Position numbers and translations under genes: made by a program
Origin: Phoronis australis
Taxonomy: Eukaryota > Animalia > Phoronida
Length of the DNA: 64,000 nt
Direction: 5' to 3'
NCBI GenBank assembly: GCA_002633005.1
Contig: NMRA01000095.1
Location: forward strand, 239,901-303,900
Notes under the pieces: model-generated
The model's database searches: none
Seen by the model: the letters and a program-made list of their open reading frames with translations, nothing else
What the model was told of the DNA's origin: nothing
Part shown: in pieces, positions 38,364-51,789 of the stretch
How positions within the stretch are numbered: position 1 is the first letter of the stretch
Layout: the number at the start of each line of letters is the position of its first letter

Positions 38364-41300
38364 CAGCTCACCTTGTTCAGATAATGAGGTCTTTGGGAGT
38401 CACATGCAGTCATTGACGTTTTACTATGCAGTATCCCTGGCAGCTACCATTGCAACTAAATAAGTCTTTGCTGGTACAGGTGCTCACTGGCATGATGTTG
38501 GTGGGGTTTGGGATTGCTAAAACGTGTTTGTGACAAAAATAAAATTTCAAACCCACTGCATTTCATTGTATATGACTGTGTGAATTGGTTAATGGATATG
38601 GTTTTTCTTATTTATTATCTGTTGCTAAGCAACATCAAGCTGCTATAAAGTTACTTTACAACACAAAAACAACTATTCAGACAAGTTGAAGTTGGTCTCA
38701 AAATTTTCTTTAGTCAAATTGACGGTGATTGTAGAAGAGCTTCCAAAGAAATGTCAGTTTAGTTAATTCAGACCAGGCTCTACAAGAGGGCTTGTCGCAG
38801 CAGCTCATTTCGTAGACCAGCTGCCAACTGCTAATCTAGAAACCAGTTCTGAGTTGGGTAAGGAACAAGTTGACGTCAATGTTATTGTCCTAAGTCGAGA
38901 CTGGCTTCTCGTAGTGGATGAAACCTGGTCTTGCTAATTAGCCTGCATGGAGTTGAACATTTCGTGAGTCCACTCAAAATAGTGCGGCAAACCGACGAGA
39001 AAGAAAAACAGAAGAAATCACGAAAACAGAAATGGCCGTTTGGCTTCACTTTCCACGCTTGACATCACAAGCGGATGCTATATGTCATTTTTTTTCGTCT
39101 GATCATACCTCAAGTGGTTATATCCGGAGATGATCTGATGGAGTTTTTTCGATGTAAAGGACATTCGGTACACTGTACTAGACGATTAATCAATATCACG
39201 CGGATAAGCACTCTCTGAACTGTGCTAGTACTGAAATAACGCTTGTATTCAAGATTCCATATGCGTCGGCATGTACCGCTATGGTCACACAATCATTTTC
39301 GAGCCCAGTAAAGCAGAGCCTTGCAAGCGTTCAAACACGAGAAGGAATTTCCTATCGTTTTTCGATACTTAATGAATTTTTGCAGTGAAAATTCGTTCAA
39401 ACACGTACCACTTGCATAGGCTAATAGCTGGAACGAACTGGGATGCAACCACATGGTTGCGGTAAGCACAGCTGTATGTGTACAGTAGCTACGAAACATA
39501 CAAACCGCTATTAATTCAGTTTTGCTCTCATTATCCGATTGAGCACAAACTTGATGGACCTTGTTAAATGGTGCGAATACTTAGCAAGACTACCCTTAGA
39601 ACACCTAAAATTGCAAATTAACAACATTGACGCTCGTCAGCCAGATCAAACATTGGCGAGGATTCCTGAATGTGGAAAGACTTTATGAACTATTACGATG
39701 TGTGTTCAGGACATTTGATTCACCTCGTTTGTCAAACCTTTTGGAACTTTGAGACAAAAACTTGTGTGACCCAAAAGACAAACTACCTAAGACCGTGGCA
39801 AAGGTAGCGGTGGTCTATGGAATACAATGGAAAGTGCCCTGACATAAGCTTACATTGTACGTAGTTGAATCTAAGCAGTCCATGAAAGTTATCTCAACAT
39901 CTTCCACCTAACTACTGTGACACTTATGACTTTGCCATATTTACCCACTGTCACCATGGCAATTAATGTACTGCTGGTCAAGGAGAAAAATTGTTTTGAG
40001 TGGAGAGCCAAGGAGTGTACACACGAAAGAATTGAAAATCCCGGCCATTTTTGAACCAATGAGACTTGAGATCATTCAAATTGTCACACACCTGTGGCAG
40101 GTTTCTTACGTAAGTTTCCCGCCAATTTTCCCAACTCCGACCAAATCCACGAGCACAAGCTTGAATAAGCCAACTCAGGATGGCATAACGTTGCCTCCCA
40201 TCTCGTGTATGAAGTAGTCACGTGACTCATAATTTTCTGCATATTATCATCCTCGTTTTGAATGAGTCATAATGTACGTCGATCATCAGAAGCATTTTGA
40301 CCATGTTATTGATACCGTTATTTTGCTAGGAATGTATTTACCTGTATTTTTTGGTACAGTTTACGAAAATGACATGACCACGGGACCCAATTAATGACAG
40401 ATTGGTACAATTAATCCAAAAACCGAAAACTTTCAGATTTTGTAATTTCTGAAAATGATGCTTTTGCAGCCGAATTTTAAACCTTGAAACCAGAGCAAGT
40501 TTTTAAGTAGTGATAAATGGAGTGTCCACTGCGACGGGGACTTGACGATTGTAACCACAGTTCAAGTGGACAATTCAAGCCAAATGCTTCTCTGCTGCCC
40601 GCTGGCTTTGCTTTGGAGGGTCAAATATACTCGTGAAGAAAAGTGGCAGTTGTTCACACTGAACATGTGGTTGTAGCAACTTCTTTCATTTTCGTGAATT
40701 AAGATTAGAGCATCCAAATCTTTGAAACACTGCCACCAGCACAAGGCTGTTATCGTCAATCCTCCGTGTACTATTGTAGCCGAGATGATCGATTTCTCAC
40801 CTCGAGCTACTCAGAAGTACCGGAGGGAGCTAGAAATTAACTTTACCCTCCAGAGACCTCTCACGGCTGTTACCAAGGTTGTCCAAACAAAGTTGACTGT
40901 GTCGATCGAGGCATGAGTGTGTGACATTTAACGTTGACAATACCGGGATGAAACCGTTCGCAACTTACTTAACCAGTCTTGTGAAATATTTACCGAGTAT
41001 TCAGTAAAATGACTCTTGGGGTTATTGGTACGCCCAGTTTAAATGTCGTGTTTTTTGGTGTTGACGTGTTTGTCTGTGATGAGCAGGTAGGTAATATATA
41101 TAACAGTTCACGAGTTTAAGTTGATTTTGGAAATGAAACTGTTGATTACATGGCGTGATAATGGGTTTCTTCTAACATTTACTAGAGTTACAATTCTATC
41201 ATTTTTGTTTTTTACTGAAATATCCTTCGACATTGTACAGATGTGGATGGTACTCGGACAACGTTTGATCAGATTTCATTATGTCTCGAAAAATTGCTTT

Positions 41301-41691
41301 ATATTAGCTGCCATCACCAAGGAGTCGTAGTAATTTTGCCGCAAATCCTTTTCTGGTTTTCTTGATATGATGTTGTTGAACCATTTTTAGTTTCATAATA
41401 TTTCTGTTTTAAATTTGACTGTTTCTCTGAACTCAGCGTGGATTGTTGTATTGCACTACAGTGTTGACTGCTTCAAACATGTTTATTGACAGAAAATTTA
41501 CTGTATTTACGCGTAACTTATTTGGTTTTTAATAGTCCCAGAAAAAAATCTTACCGAAATCTCTCTCCAGTTGTGAAGTGTCATTTGTTTATTGATCGAT
41601 GATATCGAAATGTTGCTGTTTGTTTATGGTATATAAACCTCTGCTTTCAGGTAATTCTACATTGATCTGTATTCGATAATCGATATAAGAA

Positions 41692-44440
41692 ATGAATACC
41701 ATTCACAATGCTATCGAGAGAAGGAATTTTCTCCAGTTTGATATACTTGTTAAGCAGAAAGTTGGACTCGACACACAGGACAAACTGGGGCTGACGCCGC
41801 TGATGAAATCGTGCCACGAGCCCAACCGGGAGAATGCGCGGGAAATGATTCGTCTGCTTCTGAAGCATGGTGCCAGTATCAAAGTCCTCGATAACCTTGG
41901 TATGAACGTGTTGTTGCATGGAACACTCGCAAAGAACGTGTCCGTCTTAGATCTTTTGCTAGAATCGGGCGAATATGATCCGACATTTCGCGATATTAAG
42001 GGCAACACCGCCCTGCACATCGCCGCAGCTGTTGGCAATATGGATTGCGTGGTGCGTCTTGTGGAACACGTGAAAAGTTACAATTTGAAAGTGGACCTAA
42101 GGAACGACGCTGGATTCACGGCGCTGTTGATAGCGTGCTGCCAAGGCAACGTCCCTGTGGCCAGATACCTATTTCAACAAGGTACGTGTAGTAGGTTTGT
42201 GCTTATAGTAACCTCGATTTATTTGCATCTTCTGAAGTTCACTTGTTCGTGCTGAAACTCATGTTTTAATACAAACGTGCTTTGCATTGGAGCCACGTGT
42301 AGATATAACCTATTTGTGTACAAACAATAAGAGTTCTCTTTGCAATGTTGGTTCACTTTTCAAAGATAAATTGTGATTGGCTTCCGTCCTGCTCAGTGCT
42401 CTGCACCCAGCAATGTGGTGGTGAGTGCAAAACTTGACATCGTAATTTTATAACTTTTTAAGTCGGTATTTATGAACTGGTAATTGCCGAATTGAAGAGT
42501 TTGCAGTCAAAAATAAGAAAAAAATGTAAAAGGCACCGCCTATTGAGCTTTTACTTCACTTTGATGAGCTTGGAAATCGATAGACAACGCAAATGCATCC
42601 AAAGCTGCAATTCCCGACTTTTCCTGTATTGGTAACGTCTTCCGTTGATGAGACTGAATCCGGATCCTCTGAACTGAGAGGAACAGAGGAGAAAGTATAC
42701 TTAAAGTTTGAACTGTAAGTATACTATCTCCTCTAAACCAAGAGGGACAGAGGAGATTGTGTGACTTAAAGTGTGAACTTCAATCCAGTCAGGAGGTGCC
42801 TCTAGGCAAAACTGGCGTGCGTTCAGTAGACGCTAGGACCTACGCTAGGACCTAGCTAAAATGTAGTCAAGGTCACGTGTTCTCATTTAAAATACACGGC
42901 AATATCTCACGTAATCTCGCGAAGTCTTGTTTTTTAGCGAGGTCCTAGCGTTACTGAACAAGAGGCTGTTTTCCTGTCTGTCCATGTACAACACATGCAA
43001 TTTGTTGACGCTCTTTAGTTACTCAATTATCCCTCTAGTGATGCCTAGGCATGCGCGCATCCAGCCTTTCGGGGCGCGAATTTCCGACCATGTGGACCTT
43101 TTACTAACAAAAAAGCGGGTGGATGCGTTTTTAGTGGACTTTGTCTCGTTATCTCGTTCTTTTTGTTTCTCTGAGGCGGACATTTTTTGCCCACTTCGCC
43201 AAATGGGGGGCTCCTTGGAGCCCTCCGAGCCCCTCCCCCCCGCTGGGTGCACGCATGCTAGATGCTGCAGTTGATTTGTTTGTTTTCATTATTTACTTTT
43301 ATCTATTTACCTTTCTGTTTTGTAACAGGTGCATCGCTGAATGCCAGGGATTCTGAACACAACAGATCGCCAGACGACTGGATTCGTGTGTCACGTGCCG
43401 TCCCGAACAATATCAGTATTTTCAACCCGGAATCTGGGGATTACTTCCCGACTCATGAGGAAGTGGCTGAACCCGAACCCCCCGAGGAGTGGTACGGAGC
43501 TCGCGTCTACATTTTTCTGAAAGATGCTCCAGAGTTATGTCTCCAAGAAGCCAGCGAAAAGGTCATCAATCGCGCTAGGATGACAAAAACTCAACCACGT
43601 GACCTTCCACATTACGCCACGCCTTTTACTCGTAGTGTTCAGGAGCGAAGAATTGGAAGTTACCACAGCCCAGCAAAGACACTCCGTCAGAAAGCAATGG
43701 ACACTGTAGTCAGAACTGAGAACCCTGCACCGGGTAACGCAAGAAACGACCAACCCGGAACCCCGATACACGCAGTGAACACATTTCCAGCACGACGGAA
43801 GAAGCAACCACGAGCCCCAAGCAAATCCCACGACAGTGGTGTAGGTGACGAGATGGAGGACTGCAAGGCTTCTCGCACACAGTATGGAGGAAAACAGAGC
43901 CTTTCAGCATCGACTGACGAAGCAGAATCTGGGTTAGCGGAGTCCAATACTTCTAAAAAGGGTTATCTGCAATCTCGTAAAAACTCTGTTATGACGTGCA
44001 AGATGCCAGGATTACACGCGCGGTCCCGTTCCGCCGGTTTGCCTTCACGACGCTCAGCCCCGGAATTACGGCAGGAGTATTGCCGAACACAAAGCAATTT
44101 TTATGGCTGTACGTGCTCGGATAGTTGGTCAAATCGTTACTTCAGACCGTTTTCATCTCCAGCCTGGCAAGAGAAAGACAGTTGGCGGACTCCTCATGAC
44201 ATGAAATCAGTGTTGACAATCGACGACATGTCCAACTTGAGAAGTGCTAAATCAACTGCAGAGTTAAAAGAATCCGAAAGCGATCCAAAAATTAAAGGTC
44301 TTCTCGATAATCTTATCCGAAAATTTCACATCAGACCTCGACCAATGACTGTCGGGCCTAGCTCCATGCGGATAGCCCACGTGAGGCGCTCCAGTGCGCC
44401 CGGGGTGGCGTTTGAGCGCCCAAAAACTAGTTTAGCTTAA
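41692..44440 (+). CDS. Ankyrin-repeat protein (ANKRD63/ANKRD34-like) with long disordered C-terminus, 2 coding exons, ~533 aa
   Basis: Exons 41692-42181 and 43329-44440 (phase 1, FQQG-ASLNARD). Ankyrin motifs GLTPLMKSC, GMNVLLH, GNTALHIAA, GFTALLIAC. A splice acceptor at 41650 implies an upstream non-coding exon. Confidence 0.85.
42815..42965. mobile_element. Harbinger-like MITE with CTG flanks
   Basis: ctg|gcgtgcgttcagta...tactgaacaagagg|ctg; related copies at ~16004 and ~23404. Confidence 0.6.
43050..43257. mobile_element. MITE with CATG termini and ~5-bp TSD
   Basis: TIR catgcgcgcatccag / ctgggtgcacgcatg, flanks ctagg / ctaga. Same family as 57486-57727. Confidence 0.75.
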
Positions 44441-45145
44441 CGTTCGTCGCGATTTCCATCAAGACTTCTGAAAGTACTTAACATTATTGTAACGTCTTCT
44501 TTAATGAGTATTAGGTAAAGGTTTTACGATCTTAGCTTTTGCTTGAAATAGCGTAACATTGGTGTGCACGTACTGGTGACAATGCAATGTATTGTACTAA
44601 CGCTGCACCAAAATATTATGTAATATTATGTAATATATGGTGTTTTCTACCCATGCAGTTACCCCGGCAACCCATTGAGTGTATTTTACGAGTCCATGTG
44701 AGCGTTTCTGCAACGCTCTCTTTTATGAGATATCATGAAGCAAAGTGATGGACGGCATGGCTGCTTGTTTTTTGAAGTCAAAGGCCACTGTAAAGCCTCA
44801 GTTTAGTTATACATGTATGCTAAAGGAGGGTGATATCCGGTCAGTTTTTGAAACCCTTGATTGTTATTTTGAATCTCTTCATCGATGTTTATCAAACGTT
44901 ATTAATAAAATTCGAAAGGTATGTGTGACGCAGACTTGCATCTAGAATCTACTTGTATGTTTACATCTAGTGGCAAATTGTTATATGCCATTACTTATAC
45001 TGTACTTTTCTACCGCTGCAGATCAAAGATCAGTGTCTGTGTGCTCCACTTACAAAGTGCTATATCTGTGTATGTTGTTGTTGTTGTTGAAACGAGTTGT
45101 TAAATTCATTTTTCATTAAAACAATCCATTCAAGCTGGTTGTTTT

Positions 45146-46500
45146 GCTTGTACCTGGATCAAAGAGAGTGCGGCGCCGGAATCAGGTAAAATTGTGATGA
45201 CCGCACTGCCCGATGCGAGCAAGACCCAATTAAATGTAATTATCCGCCGATAAACTGTATTAGACATATCTGTACAGTCAGAGATGTCTAATACAGTTTA
45301 TCGGCGGATTTTCAAAATGCATTAACCACTTACATGTATTTTCGTTATAAACGAACACCACGGCGGTATTCAGCTGGAAAAATACAAACAAGTACGGGAT
45401 GGACTACTTGCAACATATTCCACGCCTCACTGAAAAAGATCGATATTTACATAAACAAATACGGTTTTCGATTTTTAAAAATCGATGAACTAATAATCTA
45501 AAAACTACAACCATTGGGTACCGATTGAAGATAAACTACCGCGCGTATTGATATACTCGTTGGATATACAAACGCCGATCAGAGTTAACAATATCACATG
45601 GATTCATTTTTTAATATTTTTTCGATCCCGTTTAACCAGATTTTTCACCAGGAAACAGTTGTTTTGCCCACTTTTTGTTTTTTATTACGGACAAAGACCT
45701 AGAATAGTTATATAGCATGGGCGGCGCACCATAGGGGGCTGCGGGGGGCTATAGCCCCCACTTTTGTCAGTGCTACGCTGCACGTGGTCTATGGGCGGTG
45801 CACCACAGAGGGACTGAGGGGGCTTTAGCCCCCCACTTTTTTCTGTGCTGCGCCGCCCATGTATAGTCAGTGCCACCGAAATTGTCCAGAGCTTCCAAAT
45901 CTTGAGTTTGGTTATCACCATATTTGCACTTTTGTATGTATTTTATGATTTGAGTTCTAATAAAGGTTAAACTTTAATGACATGTGAAATATTTAGTGTA
46001 CTTGTAATGTAGTAATTTTAGGGATGGGCTCACATTGAACCTAAACTATGTAAGTTTAGCTGGCGATCAAAATCTACAACTGTTTTGGTACTTCAAGTTC
46101 AACACTTAGATAAACAGTTATCAACCCGTTCCCGGTATGAAAAAAAACAAGTTGGCAGAAGCATTAAAAATTAAATAAACCAATATGAAACTTATCGTTC
46201 CTTTGAAAAGTGGCCCTTTGTGAAGATAAACAAAAGTTAACCTTTTAGTCATTTTCTAATATTTATAATGTACCAAGTTAAAACTACTCTTCAGAGTTGC
46301 AGGCTATAACTCTGGAAATGTCAGAGAAAACCAAATTGAGGGTACTAAGAACAACCATTGTTGAGACAGTAATGCTAGCAATTACCTTTCCACTTCATTA
46401 GCTCAGATCTACTTCAATACAAAGGGCGTGCTGAATAGGCATCGTAAAAATTTTCTGGGGCTTAGGGAATCAGAGGGGTCGGCAGTGTAAGCGAGAAATT
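45146..46500 (+). repeat. Paralogous ~1.1-1.35-kb segment A (paralog B at 52579-53670; partial allele of B at 48881-49419)
   Basis: Shared start gcttgtacc..atcaaagagag.gcgg.gccggaatcag and shared end cagtgtaagcgagaaatt; diverged copies. Confidence 0.8.
45716..45861. mobile_element. Dimeric MITE with CATG termini and perfect 5-bp TSD (TATAG)
   Basis: tatag|catgggcggcgca...tgcgccgcccatg|tatag. The paralogous segments (~49326, ~53029) carry a single tatag empty site. Confidence 0.85.
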
Positions 46501-47074
46501 CTCCATATGAGCAGTCGGCTGCCATCATTGAACTCCGCAAGTTGGGGTAAAGTTTGCTCGAAGGTGCGTTGGTGAGCCAGCAGCTTAACTTCAGTCGTGT
46601 ATAAGCAGAGGGGTTTGGTGGTACATGAGTCAACGAGGTAATCTGCACGCTCAGTAATCAAGACACTGACATGGCCAGATACTAAAGACCAGATCACTGT
46701 ATGATGAGAGTGGCGCGATAGGAACTAGCCCGAATACATTTCAAAGCAACATGGTAGATGTTTGCCCATGTTTAGACATCATGAAACCTTATCTTAAAAT
46801 TATGGATAGATACATGGAGTAGTTTGTCGCATTTTCGTAAATGCTACTGCATTCTGAATTTTTACTGATGAATGTAATTGTATCAAACGGCACGAAAGGA
46901 CCAATTAAATATAATATGAAAAGATTAAAATTTTGGGTGAATGCCTGGCTAAATCATCTACAGCAAGTGTGAAGGATCAATAATCTAAAATCTGGTACAT
47001 GTCCATGTACTTTTTAGGGTAGAACTCTTTTGAATCATTGAAATTATTGCCCTAATGGCTTAGCTTATCATCGT

Positions 47075-48058
47075 TACCTTAACAAAAAGTTTGAAAACTC
47101 GTGTTCACTCGTCCGTGTTTTCATTACTGTTGTACATTAAAATCATGTTTCATACCTATGCCAAGCTTAGTCATTGCCCTTTCCAACAATACAACATTTT
47201 GTCAATGAATTTTTGATATGCTCAATAATTTTGCTGCCAAAGATGGCTTGGTCTCAAAGTGGAATGTTGCAAATATTATGGTTTTTCCGTCACCACCTGT
47301 GATGTGCAGGTTATTTAACACGGGGGAGTAAACACCAAATTTGTGAGACACAGAGTGCTACCTTGGAACTCCTGATGTTAGCAGGCCCAGTGTGATTAGC
47401 AATGATGCAAACTGTGTTTGGACTGCCCAGTTTGCAGCTTTCTTCAAATGTGAAAACCTGGTGTTCTTGCTCTAAGTATGCCACGTTTGTATACTACAGA
47501 GAATTCCAGAGCTCTTGGACAAATTGATGCTGATATTCCCGAGAATATAGTAGGAGCACGATTTGGAATGAGTCCTAGTGCCATCTCCAAACTGAAGCAC
47601 GTTCAAATTCCAACCAACAGCCTGCGAAAAGGGTGTGTCGCTGTTATTACTGCGAATAGTTGGTCAACTCTATACTGAGAAGATCATCATTGTTGTCTAT
47701 CAGTCAGACTAATACAACGGTCTATTAGTCAGTTGTTCAATAAATAAAGTATTTACGTGTTTCCAAATTGCCATAAATTTTTATTACCATGGAACCAGCA
47801 CTTTAATTGCTATTGAAAAAGCTGAATGCTCAAACTTGAAAACACATTTAGCTCCAACTGAATTTGCAACGTTGATTTTGAGACCAAGCCCTCTTTGGCA
47901 GCAAAGTTACTTATCACAATAAAAATCTATTGAACACATACGTTACCATTGGTAAGGGGAATGACTGGGTTTGCATTGATTGGCAACATGATTATTGAAA
48001 CCAAAAATAGTAAAAACACGGGCGAGTGGACACAAATTTGCAAACTATTGTTGAGGTG
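47075..48058 (+). mobile_element. Internally deleted Tc1 transposon with ~200-bp TIRs
   Basis: Long imperfect inverted repeats at 47075-47275 and 47860-48058. The internal relic fuses a Tc1 N-terminal HTH (MPRLYTTENSRALGQIDA...ARFGMSPSAISKL) to the Tc1 C-terminus (NSLRKGCVAVITANSWSTLY). Confidence 0.8.
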
Positions 48059-50648
48059 TTTATAACCTCTCTGGTTCATAATCCTTTTCATTTTGCTATT
48101 ACACGCTGGTGTTTTGCATTTTAGTTCTACTCTTGGTTTTTAGAATTAAAAAATATTGTTAAAGGAGTCGTGTATGCGAAATGATAATTATTTATCAATT
48201 CAATTATTTATCTTATGCTTCTAGTAAAACCATCAACTGAGAACTGACGCGGGTTTTCTAATGATATGGCTTGTATACAATTCGATTGAAAAACGGCGGA
48301 ATTGCGAAAATCTTTAATGACAATAAATTTGGGTGCACACACCGGAACAAACAAATGCAAACAACTCTCATGCTTAGGCGGCGGAGCCTCAGCGGCTGCG
48401 AAATCAAAGTTGGCATTACACTCTTTCTAGAGTTCTATGGAGTGCCCAAGCGATTGTCAGCATCAGTAAAGGACACGTCCTAGTCGTGTTACTGGAATAA
48501 CTTGCCATTCTGTTGTGTGTTTTTATAACATTGGTTTGAAAGCGGGGCGGTGGATTTGCCTAGGACTACTAGCCCACCAGACTGAACGAAAGGCCGACCG
48601 TAAGTCATTTTCAGAACGCGACTTTCTGAATACATCCTAGGTCCAACAATGGACAAAATCGACGTTATGGTAAAAATGAGCAATCTTAGGAACCCATGTC
48701 TTAAAACCAATGGAAGTGTTGAAATGAATGCAGTCAATTAGGCTATATTAGTTACTTTCTCGTGGTCTTTATGCTGGTTGGCAGACCTCAGATATGACCA
48801 TCCCGTGTATAATTCGCTTACAAGGACGTCACGCATTTCTAAAGATATGCGGGAATTTTCACCGCTCGTCCTTCTTAGCAGCTTGTACCAGGATCAAAGA
48901 GAGCGCGGCGCCGGAATCAGGTACAGTTGTGATGACCGCATTGCCCGATGCGAGTATAAAAAGTATCAGACATCTCTGACCGTACATAATGGCGAATTTT
49001 CAAAATGCATTAACCACCAATTTTCGTTAGAAACCAACACCTAGGCGGGATTCAGCTGGAAAAATAAAAACCAGGTACGGTTTTCGATTTTTAAAAATCG
49101 ATGAGCTAATAATCTAAAAACTACAACCACTAGGTACGATTGAAGATAAACTACCGCGCGTATTGGTATAATCGGTGGATATACAAACGCTGATCAGAGT
49201 TAACAATATCACATGGATTCATTTTTTAATGTTTTTTCAATCTCGTTTAACCAGATTTTTGACCAGGATACAGTTGTTGTGCCCACTTTTCATTTTTTAT
49301 TACTGACAAAGAGCTAGAGTAGTTGTATAGTCAGTGCCACCGAAATTGTCCAGAGATTCCAAATCTTCAGTTTGGTCATCACCATATTTGAACTTTTGTA
49401 TATATTTTATGATTTGAGTNCATGTATAGTCAGTGCCACCGAAATTGTCCAGAGCTTCCAAATCTTGAGTTTGGTTATCACCATATTTGCACTTTTGTAT
49501 GTATTTTATGATTTGAGTTCTAATAAAGGTTAAACTTTAATGACATGTGAAATATTTAGTGTACCTGTAATGTGGTAATTTTAGGGATGGGCTCACATTG
49601 AACCTAAACTATGTAAGTTTAGCTGGCGATCAAAATCTACAACTGTTTTGGTACTTCAAGTTCAACACTTAGATAAACAGTTATCAACCCGTTCCCGGTA
49701 TGAAAAAAAAAACAAGTTGGCAGAAGCATTAAAAATTAAATAAAGAAAACCAATATGAAAGTTATCGTTCCTTTGGAAAGTGGCCCTTTGTGAAGATAAA
49801 CAAAAGTTAACCTTTTAGTCATTTTCTAATATTTATAATGTACCAAGTTAAAACTACTCTCCAGAGTTGCAGGCTATAACTCTGAAAATGTCAGAGAAAA
49901 CCAAATTGAGGGTACTAAGAACAACCATTGTTGAGACAGTAATGCTAGCAATTAACTTTCCACTTCATTAGCTCAGATCTACTGCAATACAAAGGGCGTG
50001 CTGAATAGGCATCGTAAAAGTTTTCTGGGGCTTAGGGAATCAGAGGGGTCGGCAGTGTAAGCGAGAAATTCTCCATATGAGCAGTCGGCTGCCATCATTG
50101 AACTCCGCAAGTTGGGGTAAAGTTTTCTCGAAGGTGCGTTGGTGAGCCAGCAGCTTAACTTCAGTCGTGTATAAGCAGAGGGGTTTGGTGGTACATGAGT
50201 CAACGAGGTAATCTGCACGCTCAGTAATCAAGACACTGACATGGCCAGATACTAAAGACCAGATCACTGTATGATGAGAGTGGCGCGATCGGAACTAGCC
50301 CGGATACATTTCAAAGCAACATGGTAGATGTTTGCCCATGTTTAGACATCATGAAACCTTGTCTTAAAATTATGGATAGATACATGGAGTAGTTTATCGC
50401 ATTTTCGTAAATGGTACTGCATTCTGAATTTTTACTGATGAATGGAATTGTATCAAATGGCATGAAAGGACCAATTAAATATAATATACAAAGAATATAA
50501 GTAATTTTGGGTAAATTCCTGGCTAAATCATCTACAGCAAGTGTGAAGGATCGCTACACTAAAACCTGGTACATGTCTATGTACTTTTTATTGTAGAACT
50601 CTTTTGAATCATTGAAATTATTGCCCTAATATCTTAGCTTATCATCGA

Positions 50649-51789
50649 TACCTTAACAAAAAGTTTGAAATTTGTGTTCACTCGTCCGTGTTTTCATTAC
50701 TTTTGGTTATTAAAATCATTTTTCATACCTATGGCAAGCTCAGTCATTCCCCTTTCCAACAATACAACATTTTGTCAATGAATTTTTGATATGCTCAATA
50801 ACTTTGCTGCCAAAGATGGCTTGGTCTCAAAGTGGAATGTTGCAATTTTTAGTGTTTTTCCGGCACCACCAGCGATGTGCAGGTTATTTAACACGGGGGG
50901 AGTAATCACCAAATTTCTGGGACACTGAGTGATACCTTGGAACTCCTGATGTTAGCAAGCTCAGTGTGAATTGCAATGATGCAAATTTTTTTTTGGACTG
51001 CCCAGTTTCTTCAGCTTTCTTCAAATGTGAAAACCTGGGCCCAGTTGCATAAAAGTTATACGCCGTATAGCAACAACGACGTCGCATTATCAAGCATCAC
51101 GTTGTTATTGTTGAACAATGCACCTGACGTCATGCAACAATCAAACTTATCCAGTGGATAACTTTTGAAGCTTTATGCAACTCAGCCCTGGTGTTCTTGC
51201 TCCAAGTATGCCACGTTTGTATACTACAGAGAATTCCAGAGCTCTTGGACAAATTGATGCTGATATTTTCAAGAATATTGTAGGATCACGATTCGGAATT
51301 AGTCCTAGTGCCATCTGCAAACTGAAGCACTTACAAATTCAAACCAACAACCTGCGAAATGGGTGTGTCGCTGTAATGACTGCGCATAGTTGGTCAACCC
51401 GATACTGAGAAGACTATAATTGTGTGTCTATCAGTCAGACTAACACCACTGTCTATCAGGCAGTTGTACAATAAATAAAGTATTTACGTGTTTCCAAATT
51501 GTCATAAGTTTTTATTACCATGGAACCAGCACTTTAATTGCTATTGAAAAAGCTGAATTCTCAAACACGAAAACACATTTAGCTCCAACTGAATTTGCGA
51601 CGTTGATTTTGAGACCAAGCCCTCTTTGGCAGCAAAGTTACTTATCACAATAAACATCTATTGAACAAATACGTTACCATTGGTAAGGGGAATGACTGGG
51701 TTTGCATTGATAGGCAACATGATTAATGAAACCAAAAATAGTAAAAACACTGGCGAGTGGACACAAATTTGCAAAAAATTGCTGAGGTG
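50649..51789 (+). mobile_element. Second (allelic) copy of the deleted Tc1, with a nested MITE
   Basis: Same TIRs and transposase relic (...NNLRNGCVAVMTAHSWSTRY). Confidence 0.8.
51038..51187. mobile_element. 150-bp PIF/Harbinger-type MITE with CTG TSD
   Basis: ctg|ggcccagttgcataaa...tttatgcaactcagcc|ctg. The empty site aaaacctggtgttc is at ~47453-47466. Confidence 0.85.

Noticed and set aside
43262-43328. Signal-peptide-like start of the 392-aa ORF
   Set aside because: It is the T-rich acceptor tract of the ankyrin gene intron; the exon begins at 43329.
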